From Candidatus Magasanikiibacteriota bacterium (GTDB lineage Bacteria; Patescibacteriota; Patescibacteriia; Magasanikbacterales; GWA2-37-8), in contig SICD01000001.1 of assembly GCA_009694865.1 (NCBI GenBank), forward strand, positions 403 through 64,402: a stretch of DNA of 64,000 nucleotides, written 5' to 3'. Of the stretch, positions 17,464-25,692 are shown piece by piece; within the stretch, counting starts at the first letter, position 1, and the number at the start of each line of letters is the position of its first letter. Position numbers and translations under genes: made by a program. The notes beneath the pieces are model-generated. The model searched no databases and was not told the DNA's origin. It saw nothing but the letters and a program-made list of their open reading frames with translations.

Positions 17464-17598
17464 ATCAGCGCGCCCTTCACCGCCTGCCCCCTCCACACGG
17501 GTCCAACCCCCGTGGAGCGAAAACACAGATCGCTCGTGCTCTCGCTTTATTGGTACAAACAGTTGTATTAATAAAGCGCGAGCGATCTGAAATTTAAA

Positions 17599-17632
17599 AC
17601 ATCCTGACGCTATCCGTCGGGATGTTTTTTTG
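17599..17632 (+). terminator. Rho-independent terminator of cassette A
   Basis: acatcctgacg-ctatc-cgtcgggatgt followed by ttttttt. Two further GC-rich hairpins lie upstream (17491-17517 and 17528-17587). Confidence 0.55.
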
Positions 17633-17679
17633 TGCTACTGTACTAGTACAATAGCACACTAACTCTTAAAAATTAATTG

Positions 17680-19401
17680 CTACAGTTCATCTTCAATAAC
17701 ATCTATCTCCTCTTCAATTTTCTTTTCAATACCACGAATCTGCGCCCGCAGATCGCGTAGAACCTTTTCTTCGGCCGCGCTTAATTTTCGCTCGGCCATG
17801 GCCTGTTCCAAATGTTTAATATCCTGCCGCATTTGTTCGGCTAAATCACCTAATGATTCGTGCACCGTGTTGCGTATCAGTACAGCCTCTTTACGCAACA
17901 ACCGGTTGGTATAAAAACCCCGATACGAGAAAAAAAGAATAATGGCAAAAAGCACAAGAATAACCGCCACCAAAATTATAATAATATAGTTATAGGCGCT
18001 TATGGATTCCAAGAGGGGCACCGGGTGAACGGTAAATGTTTCTACGGCGCTTCGCTCGCTCACATTGCCGCTGGTGTCAATGGCCTGGACCCAAAACGCA
18101 TAGGTACCCCGACGTAACTTTTTAGGCCACGCCAGAGAAAAATATCCGGCATTGTTGCTTTTGGTCTCGGCCATGGAAATTATTCCTTTGCTGTCTTTAA
18201 CCGATACCACGGCGGTGGCAAAGGGGTACGAACTACCCTGGACTTGAAATAAGTCGCCCTCGTCTAAATCGGCCGGAAAATTTGAAACCAGGGGCATGGC
18301 CAGCGGATTAATAACCACTTCTGCATTAGCTTCGCGAAAATTACCGGCATTATCTACGGCCCGCACGAGCACCGCGTATTTCCCTGGCTCACGAGGCGGC
18401 AATACAAAAGGGTTAGATTCCACCACCTCGGCCGGAACTACCTTTAAATAGGGGGAATCGCCAATTTTAACCTCATAATACGCGATACCAGAAATTTTAT
18501 CGGGTGTATTAAACAAAACAACCGGCCGCTGATCGGGAGTCACGTCGCCATGAGGGAATGTGACCGCAAACGGTTCAGGCGGTTCGTTGTCAATTTGCAG
18601 ACGGTAGACAACTACTTTTCCCCAGCCAAGGGCAGTGCGCGCCTGCAGTTGAAAATACCAAACACCATTGGCCAAATCAGGGATAGTTTTAGAGCGAACC
18701 GAAACTGGCACGGCCTGGCTAGGCAGAGCGCCTACCTCCCGACTTATTCCCCACCGAGTCGCGCTCGTGAGGGGCGGCAGGGTCCAGTTAAAGACAGCGG
18801 TTGACGTGGCATACCAGCCTGTCGAATCTGGATGGGTAAGAGAACTAATACGCGGGAGAGTTGGGTCGTCGCTCAACGATTTTGACAAGCTGCTAGACCC
18901 CTGAATAACATACTGCGCTGATTCGGTTTTGGCTTGTACATTGGTGCCGTTACCATCGTTCGCTAGTACCAGGGCGGAAACAAACGACACCTGCGCCACC
19001 CCTGAAGAAAGCGCGCGGAAGCGAATAGTGGCCAAAGTTCCTCCCGACCCGCTAAACCCCGGATTTTTAATAATGCCCTCTAGGCCAATGGTGCTCTGGT
19101 TACGGATAATAACAGGCTCGCGTACCCAAAAATCAATAATTGAATTACTAGTGGAAACAGACAGGGCTTCGAGAGTGGTTGCGGAATAACGCAAAATCGC
19201 CTGCACCGCGTTTATGGGGTCATCGCTCCCGGCCTCAAGGGTAACGGTAAAAATATCGCCAGCCGAAATAGGGGCGCGCGGACCAACAAAAAACAAGCGA
19301 GCCGGTTTATCCGTTGCCGTTGCACTAGAGGCAAGTGCGGCTCCGATAACGGATGAGAGCATCGCCACCCCGATAATTATTTTTTTAAATAAATCCCCCA
19401 T
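17680..19401 (-). CDS. Surface protein (573 aa) with a signal peptide, an N-terminal cohesin-like domain, FN3/Ig-like repeats, and a C-terminal TM anchor plus cytoplasmic coiled-coil tail
   Basis: The cohesin-like pattern is ARLFFVGPRAPISAGDIFTVTLEAGSDDPINAVQAILRYSATTLEAL...GGTLATIRFRALSSGVAQVSF. The FN3-like pattern YYEV...VRAVDNAGN occurs three times. The TM segment is YIIIILVAVILVLFAIILFF, followed by a charged helical tail. Confidence 0.65.
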   Translation of the reverse strand: MGDLFKKIIIGVAMLSSVIGAALASSATATDKPARLFFVGPRAPISAGDIFTVTLEAGSDDPINAVQAILRYSATTLEALSVSTSNSIIDFWVREPVIIRNQSTIGLEGIIKNPGFSGSGGTLATIRFRALSSGVAQVSFVSALVLANDGNGTNVQAKTESAQYVIQGSSSLSKSLSDDPTLPRISSLTHPDSTGWYATSTAVFNWTLPPLTSATRWGISREVGALPSQAVPVSVRSKTIPDLANGVWYFQLQARTALGWGKVVVYRLQIDNEPPEPFAVTFPHGDVTPDQRPVVLFNTPDKISGIAYYEVKIGDSPYLKVVPAEVVESNPFVLPPREPGKYAVLVRAVDNAGNFREANAEVVINPLAMPLVSNFPADLDEGDLFQVQGSSYPFATAVVSVKDSKGIISMAETKSNNAGYFSLAWPKKLRRGTYAFWVQAIDTSGNVSERSAVETFTVHPVPLLESISAYNYIIIILVAVILVLFAIILFFSYRGFYTNRLLRKEAVLIRNTVHESLGDLAEQMRQDIKHLEQAMAERKLSAAEEKVLRDLRAQIRGIEKKIEEEIDVIEDEL

Positions 19402-19407
19402 GTTATT

Positions 19408-20328
19408 TTATTTTTTTATGCGTCGGCGTATACCAAAAACGAACAGAAGCGCAACGCCACTTACTACTAGTATACTCCAAATTCGTACAGAATAAAATGG
19501 TGATAAATTAACTGACGGAGGCAATGTCACCATAGCGCGATTCCCAGCACTGTCGACTGCCCGAACCGCCACAAAATGACGCGCCAATTGATCGCGCAAT
19601 ATATAAGGGCTGGTGGCGCGCTTCCAGGCGCCCGGCTTCGCATCACTCTCTCGAGTTTCCGCCACTTCATAATACTCAACTCCTGACTGCGTATCTCGCC
19701 CCATAAATACTACGGTTTTGACCCCCCCTGCCACCATAGGGTGCTCGGCGCGTTCTGCTACCAGAGAGGGCGGCGTGGTATCAGAAACGCGAAGCAAAGC
19801 CGCGGGGGCCACTCCTTGAGATTCAATAATATTAACGGTTAACGGTACAACCGTTACTGGCAACACAGTTGCTTTACCATCATGAGAGAGGAGGCTCACT
19901 TTAGACAAGGAAAATGTTACCGAGCCGGGCTCTCTAGCTTCAAAATCCACGCTAAACATTTTACCCGGTTCTGGTTCTTTGGCATACGGACTAAACACAC
20001 CTTGAAAACCGCCAGGAATAATTCCGGAAAAAACCACTCCCCGTTTTTGAATAACAGGGGCAGTAACCCACCAAGTAATAATTGAATTAGCGCCCGAAGT
20101 AGCGCGCGGAACTACCCGATCCGTATCGGCTTCCAGCGTTCCCTCTAAGGCATTAATCACCACCTCGTCCGGCTTAAGTTCGGCCGACACGGTAAAGGTA
20201 CTGCCCACCGGAACCGACCGTGCGGGACCAATTAAATTAATAGTGGCGGCCTTAGCAACACCGCCCATTGCTAAAGCAATAAATCCAAGGGCAATACTAA
20301 AACCCAAACGCAAAATAAAAAATTTCAT
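19408..20328 (-). CDS. Surface protein (306 aa) with a signal peptide, a cohesin-like domain, an FN3-like domain and a C-terminal TM anchor
   Basis: ATINLIGPARSVPVGSTFTVSAELKPDEVVINALEGTLEAD...SIITWWVTAPV... aligns by eye with the N-domain of the 573-aa protein. C-terminal anchor IWSILVVSGVALLFVFGIRRRIKK. Confidence 0.6.
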   Translation of the reverse strand: MKFFILRLGFSIALGFIALAMGGVAKAATINLIGPARSVPVGSTFTVSAELKPDEVVINALEGTLEADTDRVVPRATSGANSIITWWVTAPVIQKRGVVFSGIIPGGFQGVFSPYAKEPEPGKMFSVDFEAREPGSVTFSLSKVSLLSHDGKATVLPVTVVPLTVNIIESQGVAPAALLRVSDTTPPSLVAERAEHPMVAGGVKTVVFMGRDTQSGVEYYEVAETRESDAKPGAWKRATSPYILRDQLARHFVAVRAVDSAGNRAMVTLPPSVNLSPFYSVRIWSILVVSGVALLFVFGIRRRIKK

Positions 20329-20338
20329 AATGCCTCAA

Positions 20339-21253
20339 TTAGCCCGTCCAATAAAACGCCATAATACTAAAATCTTTTAAATCAATCTGTCCGTCATTAT
20401 TTAAATCAAACTGCGCCGGTGCCCCGGGTTTTGCATACCAAAAAGCAATCATGGAAAAATCTACCAAATTAACACGCTGGTCTGCGTTAAAATCTCCGAG
20501 TAGTGTCTGCGTACCCGCCGGGTTAAAGGTCGTTGTATCCCCGAGCAATACCGTTTCGGGGCGACTGGCCGGGGTTTCCTTATCCCCCACTATAACCGAG
20601 GCCTCTAACGTATAGGTTCCGCGCAAGAACGGTTTTGTGTTAATAACCACCCGAAATAAACCGACGTTGTTAGAGCGCGTGGTAATAAGAGCCGAGGAAG
20701 GACCCTTTAAACGAATTGTCACCCGCGCGCCCGGCGAGGAGAGGCCGCTCACAATTAAATTATCGCCTTGCTTTACCGCGCTCTGGTCTGCCCACATCAC
20801 GGGCGTGGCAACAATACCGCTAACCGTGAGGGTGGTACGCTCGGCAACTAACAGTGGAATCAAAAAATTGCTGGAACGAAAACCGTTGGTATCAATGCTA
20901 TTAATAGTAAAGACGTGGTTGCCAATTGTAACCGCCGGTAAAACAATGGTAAATGCACCCTGCGCTGTGGTTGTGGCGCTGGTGGTGAGCACGCCATCAG
21001 TGAGAATTGTTATACGAGCTCCTGGGAACGACGTGCCGGCAAAACTCACGCTGGTAGGTGTGTTAAGTTCAGAAAAAGCCCCGCCCCCGCCAGATGTTTG
21101 CCCTGGAGAATTGGACTGTGTCCCCGGCAACACTACCGCGGTCACCGTTATGGTAGTTTCAGCCCCCTGTACCCTCTCCCCCGCCACCAACAAAAAAACA
21201 GCCAGCATTATTGCCAGGCCGACTGAATATAATTTTGAAACAGTGGTAATCAT
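20339..21253 (-). CDS. Secreted protein (304 aa) with two Ig-like domains and a C-terminal type-I-like dockerin module
   Basis: The C-terminus carries duplicated calcium-loop segments: GDFNADQRVNLVDFSMIAFWY and FDLNNDGQIDLKDFSIMAFYW (DxNxDxxVNxxD pattern, two copies). Confidence 0.7.
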   Translation of the reverse strand: MITTVSKLYSVGLAIMLAVFLLVAGERVQGAETTITVTAVVLPGTQSNSPGQTSGGGGAFSELNTPTSVSFAGTSFPGARITILTDGVLTTSATTTAQGAFTIVLPAVTIGNHVFTINSIDTNGFRSSNFLIPLLVAERTTLTVSGIVATPVMWADQSAVKQGDNLIVSGLSSPGARVTIRLKGPSSALITTRSNNVGLFRVVINTKPFLRGTYTLEASVIVGDKETPASRPETVLLGDTTTFNPAGTQTLLGDFNADQRVNLVDFSMIAFWYAKPGAPAQFDLNNDGQIDLKDFSIMAFYWTG

Positions 21254-21261
21254 GGGCCTTA

Positions 21262-22278
21262 CTAGTGGCGGGAATCACGCGCGCGAGCAATAATCCAGGC
21301 ATTATAACGCCGAATACCCACGCGGCCGCCGATCAATATCAAAGCTATAATTAGAACACAAAGAGTTAGCAGCTGCCACGGCACCAGTAGCACGCGCTGC
21401 GTAGCCATCATTTGCTCGACCGATTCCACCCCCCACTTTAAGTCGAGCTTGGCGGTGTACAACCCAAAAGCAAAATGATTCCATTGGTGTTTTACGGTTT
21501 GCCAATAACCAGCGGGCCGATTTAAATTGCCAGCAAATTCTTGAGGCCAAACGACCTCAAAACGCCGAATGCTCGCCGGTAAAACATTATTTTCTGCCGG
21601 GTTGGCGGAAAGCTCGGCCACCTTCTGGCCAAGCATAGAAGTAATTGTTATGGTTCCGGCAGGCTTTAGCCGATCACCCCCGCCGTTGCGCAAACGAAAC
21701 ACAAACGTCACTGGCACGCTATCAAACCAGCGCTGGTTATTAAGCGAAGTAAACTCAACTAGCCCAGCTTCCTCTTTGACATCGCCCGAAACACGAAGCA
21801 AAACCAGGGTGCCTATTTTGGCTCCCACGGCTAATTGCCCGCCTTGGCCCTGGCTTGGCGTTGTGCTCCAAAAAATTGCGGCAAAGTGGCCACCCGGTTC
21901 TGCCGACGCCGGAATGGTTATGGTAAAAGGAACTTTACGCTGCTCTCCCGGAGCCAGGGTTATCTCGCCAGACGTGTTCACCCATGTTGACAAGCCTTCG
22001 GTTCCAGCCACAAAATTGGGTACTCCACCTTCGCCTTGGGCCTCAAAATTTTCGGCCGAAGAATAAAAACGTTTGGACTCCTTTTGGTCATTCATGAGGA
22101 GGAGTTCGGAACTAATAACACTGCCCGGGTCCCCCGTTAACTCCAGTCGCGCCGGAGAAATGGTAAGGGCCTTCGCGCTCTTTGACCCTAAAAAAAAGCT
22201 CATCGCTATCAAAAAAAATATCGCGGAGCTCTTTGTTGCCGAACGGAAAAAAATATGAAACGTAAGAAACTTTTTCAT
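21262..22278 (-). CDS. C-terminally membrane-anchored surface protein (338 aa) with an N-terminal beta-rich domain resembling pilus-chaperone / DUF916-like domains
   Basis: Signal peptide, then ALTISPARLELTGDPGSVISSELLLMNDQKESKRFY. C-terminal TM LLTLCVLIIALILIGG followed by a basic tail RVGIRRYNAWIIARARDSRH. Confidence 0.55.
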   Translation of the reverse strand: MKKFLTFHIFFRSATKSSAIFFLIAMSFFLGSKSAKALTISPARLELTGDPGSVISSELLLMNDQKESKRFYSSAENFEAQGEGGVPNFVAGTEGLSTWVNTSGEITLAPGEQRKVPFTITIPASAEPGGHFAAIFWSTTPSQGQGGQLAVGAKIGTLVLLRVSGDVKEEAGLVEFTSLNNQRWFDSVPVTFVFRLRNGGGDRLKPAGTITITSMLGQKVAELSANPAENNVLPASIRRFEVVWPQEFAGNLNRPAGYWQTVKHQWNHFAFGLYTAKLDLKWGVESVEQMMATQRVLLVPWQLLTLCVLIIALILIGGRVGIRRYNAWIIARARDSRH

Positions 22279-22315
22279 ACGTTACCAACCTCCCATTTAA
22301 ACATATAAAAAAGGA

Positions 22316-23368
22316 CTAGAAGTTTGCGGTGGCAACGTAGGTTAACGTGGCTGTATAGCTACCCGCTTCGGTGTTAGCGCCGATATTAGCCAGATACCGC
22401 ACCGAGTAGGTGGTGTTGGCCGAAGCGCCCGCCGCCGATGCGACGGTACTTGCCGTGTTGCCCGTGGCGGCATAAGCAAACCCAGCGGCCGCATAGGGCG
22501 CGCTTACCGCACCGCTGCCGCCTGCCGCGTTACTACGCAAACCAAATTGTTCAGTGCCGGCGCTGGACGCGGTATTAACGTTACCAATGGCGCTAACCGT
22601 ATTAGCGCCGCTTGTTAGCGTGGCGCCTTTAACAGTAACGGTGTACCCGCTGTTTCCGTTGGTACTGGCAATTAAGGTATGCGCTTCGGCTTCCACGTCC
22701 GAGCCAGCACCAACGCCAGCATAGCGAGCCGCGGCCGAACTTAAAGTCCCAAAATCAATGGTGTTGGCCGAGATACTAAAAGACAAAGAGGGCGCGACCG
22801 TTGCCGAAATCGCCACTTGGTCGTTGGTGACAATCTGCACGCTCATGATTCCCGCATCACCAAACGTACCGCTAATAGTAATAGTATATGGCCCAGCGAC
22901 CGAGGGGTTAACGGCATTGGAGCTATCCAAAATCATAATGAGCTTATCGCTGGCCGCTACGGCCGCCGCGCCCACGCCATCCGTTGGCGCCGTTAAAGTT
23001 AATATACGATTTTGGACTCCGGAAAAAACCGCCCCCCAAGCAGTGGCGGAGGGGTTAGCGGCCAAGGTCTCGGTGTTCTCGGCCCCGGTATTGGCACCAT
23101 GGGTAAACGTCACAGTATTAATTGCTTTGCTCGACAAATTAAAATCTGAGGGAAATGTGACTATTATGGTATCAGTATTTTCATTGGCACCGGTTGGTGA
23201 AGTAAAAGTGAGGATGTGGCTCGAAGCGGTATTTACCTTAAGCGAGGACATGGTATCGCTTAAACCCATAAGCGCCGCCGCCTCCGCCCCGGAGTATGGC
23301 CACCCTACCCCAGCCATAATAACACTTATAACGAGAGTGGCGGAAACAATTATTTTGACTGTTCTCAT
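22316..23368 (-). CDS. Secreted protein (350 aa) whose C-terminal roughly 150-aa beta-domain is paralogous to the C-terminus of the next gene
   Basis: SLSFSISANTIDFGTLSSAAARYAGVGAGSDVEAEAHTLIASTNGNSGYTVTVKG...TEQFGLR...GSYTATLTYVATANF matches FLSFSISTSTAGFGLLYPHAARYATASGAGAATETEAHTLAIGSDGVLPYVITVQG...TNQFGLR...GEYQAALTYVVTATY. Confidence 0.6.
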   Translation of the reverse strand: MRTVKIIVSATLVISVIMAGVGWPYSGAEAAALMGLSDTMSSLKVNTASSHILTFTSPTGANENTDTIIVTFPSDFNLSSKAINTVTFTHGANTGAENTETLAANPSATAWGAVFSGVQNRILTLTAPTDGVGAAAVAASDKLIMILDSSNAVNPSVAGPYTITISGTFGDAGIMSVQIVTNDQVAISATVAPSLSFSISANTIDFGTLSSAAARYAGVGAGSDVEAEAHTLIASTNGNSGYTVTVKGATLTSGANTVSAIGNVNTASSAGTEQFGLRSNAAGGSGAVSAPYAAAGFAYAATGNTASTVASAAGASANTTYSVRYLANIGANTEAGSYTATLTYVATANF

Positions 23369-23466
23369 ATATTTAAAATTACTCCTTTTTTAGGATTTCT
23401 TTAGAGCCTATAGTATAACACAGTTTGCTCAAGTCTCGAACAAAGTTATACACATAATTAATTCGT

Positions 23467-25689
23467 CTAATAGGTAGCAGTAACCACATAGGTGAGGGCG
23501 GCTTGATATTCGCCCGTTGGTTTAGTGGGGGCAACATTGGCCACATACCGAACGGAAACAGTCGTTGGCGCTCCGACGAGCGTACTTCCCCCTACAATCA
23601 TACTCGTGCTCGTGCCGGTAGCGCCATACGCAAACCCAGCTCCCATATAAGGAGTAGTGATAATGTTTGAACCGTTGGAGATGACAATCCGTAGGCCAAA
23701 CTGGTTCGTACCAGGCATTGATGCTGTATTGACGGGGCCAATCGCATTAATAACTCCTATCACGGAACCAAGCGGATCGCCCTGTACCGTTATAACATAG
23801 GGCAAAACTCCGTCTGATCCAATGGCCAAGGTATGGGCTTCGGTTTCGGTAGCGGCTCCCGCGCCACTAGCCGTAGCATAACGCGCGGCGTGGGGATATA
23901 ACAAACCAAAACCGGCCGTGCTGGTTGAAATTGAAAAAGACAAAAATGTCGGCGGAGGTGGATTTGTCGCCGGAGTTATCCACCTCACACTCACCAGCGC
24001 AAAATCCCAATCCCGCGTCACCGGCGCCACCGCCGTAGAAGCCGACGTGCGCAAACGCAGAGCCGCCACATTGTTCACGGTATCAATAAAATTCTGCGGG
24101 TTAATTTGGAAGATGCCATCCGTAAACGTGAACGTGGTTAAAGCGTTGGTACCACCCACCGCGCTCCACCCCCCGGCAATGGTTTGGCCGGCAAATTGAC
24201 CGGAATAATCTTTAAGGCCAAGCTGAACGGTGTTGGCCGTGACATTGCTTCTAAAGCGAGCCGCGAAACGAATGCCGGTGACGGCCGCGCCAGCGGGAAC
24301 GGTAATCGGAACGGTCACATTGGCGCTCGCGCTGTAATTGGTTCCCCAGGTACCAGCCCCATCGGTTGGGTAGGGCGTGGTAGCGCAGGGGGCCGTGTTG
24401 TTTAAACAGGTTGTTTGGGTCCACGTGTTACCAACGGTGGCCGTGGTGAGAGCGGCTAAATCTGCTGTCGCCGCAGATGTACCGGACCCTAGTTGACCAA
24501 AAGATATTTCCGATTGGTTCGTATCGGTATTCACCGAGCCAACGGTAATATATATTTGATCGGTGCCCAGTGTTTGCGTGCCGCCCACGGTGCTAAAAAT
24601 AAGGATTCTCGTTTCTCCACTGGAGATATAATTAGCGAGCGTGACATTGGATTTGGCAAAAAAATTACTTTGGAGGGTATTAATCGCGGAAGCGACAATG
24701 GGAGCGGCGTTTAAATTTTCCCAACTGCTACTATTGAAATTCCAAATAGCCACATTGTACGTGAGGGCAAGGTTTGAAACAAAGCCGCCGTTGTACGCCA
24801 CGAGGATAGTGTTCGCGCCAGTGTAGGTTTGAATGTTTTTAAAAGAATAGTAAAAACTTAAAGGGTTGGCTACGGTGTTGGTAATGGTTTGGCGAGTAGC
24901 ATTGTTAGTAAACACCGAAAGGTAATCTCCATTTACGGCGCCGGCAAACGGGGCGATGGGGTTGTAGGAGTCGGGGTAATACACCGGGTCAATGGCCGCC
25001 TCAAGCTGTACTCTGTCAAGGTTGAATTGTACCAGCGAATTAACGGTGGAAAAAAATCTAATCCGCACGGTACTGTTCGAGACGAAGTTGGTGAGCGGGG
25101 TGGCGACTTTAACCCCGGGGTTGGTGCCCGTGTAAAAATATCCGTTAAAAATTTCAAAGGTGCGGCTGGTGTCAGCCGTTTCGGTAAAAGCGGTGGCTTT
25201 GGGGTTGTTCAGCGTGCGCCATCCCCCGCCCGTACACTGTGCGTCGGCGACATTGTCGACTCCGGTGGACGAAGCCCAATCACAAATTTGAATAAAGAAA
25301 TTGCGGGCCGTGGTAACATTCGCGGTCTCGGTTGTGAGGAGCAGTTTGTTAGCGCCATTGAGGCTGACGCCGCCGAGATCAACCTGGGCATTGAAGCCGG
25401 TGGGCGTGCCAACAAACGACCAGAACAGGTTGTCGGTGGCGAGGGTACCACGATATGACCCGACATTAGTGGCGGAATTGGCAGCAGGGGTGCCGAGGAC
25501 AAGGTTGCCGGCCGAGGGGGAGAAGAGGGAGGTGGCGGCCTGAACCGGGGTGACCAAAGAATTGTCCGGCCCCACATTTAAACCAATACCCACTAATAGC
25601 GGCACCGATGCGTTAGAAAAAACGATGACCGCGGTGAGCGCCCATACGGCCAGTACAATAAATTTTTTTCGTATCGCGCGCATATGCAA
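23467..25689 (-). CDS. Large secreted protein (740 aa) with a signal peptide, a long N-terminal region and the shared C-terminal beta-domain
   Basis: See the previous entry. N-terminal signal MHMRAIRKKFIVLAVWALTAVIVFSNA. Confidence 0.6.
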   Translation of the reverse strand: MHMRAIRKKFIVLAVWALTAVIVFSNASVPLLVGIGLNVGPDNSLVTPVQAATSLFSPSAGNLVLGTPAANSATNVGSYRGTLATDNLFWSFVGTPTGFNAQVDLGGVSLNGANKLLLTTETANVTTARNFFIQICDWASSTGVDNVADAQCTGGGWRTLNNPKATAFTETADTSRTFEIFNGYFYTGTNPGVKVATPLTNFVSNSTVRIRFFSTVNSLVQFNLDRVQLEAAIDPVYYPDSYNPIAPFAGAVNGDYLSVFTNNATRQTITNTVANPLSFYYSFKNIQTYTGANTILVAYNGGFVSNLALTYNVAIWNFNSSSWENLNAAPIVASAINTLQSNFFAKSNVTLANYISSGETRILIFSTVGGTQTLGTDQIYITVGSVNTDTNQSEISFGQLGSGTSAATADLAALTTATVGNTWTQTTCLNNTAPCATTPYPTDGAGTWGTNYSASANVTVPITVPAGAAVTGIRFAARFRSNVTANTVQLGLKDYSGQFAGQTIAGGWSAVGGTNALTTFTFTDGIFQINPQNFIDTVNNVAALRLRTSASTAVAPVTRDWDFALVSVRWITPATNPPPPTFLSFSISTSTAGFGLLYPHAARYATASGAGAATETEAHTLAIGSDGVLPYVITVQGDPLGSVIGVINAIGPVNTASMPGTNQFGLRIVISNGSNIITTPYMGAGFAYGATGTSTSMIVGGSTLVGAPTTVSVRYVANVAPTKPTGEYQAALTYVVTATY

Positions 25690-25692
25690 GTA

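Noticed and set aside
17034-17526. ORFs 17034..17393 (-), 17068..17526 (-) and 17367..17597 (+) around cassette A, and 53263..53853 (-), 53385..53624, 53615..53896 and 53655..53843 around cassette C
   Set aside because: These are antisense or overlapping shadows in GC-rich islands. They lack an RBS and start context. The SD-preceded plus-strand ORFs are preferred.
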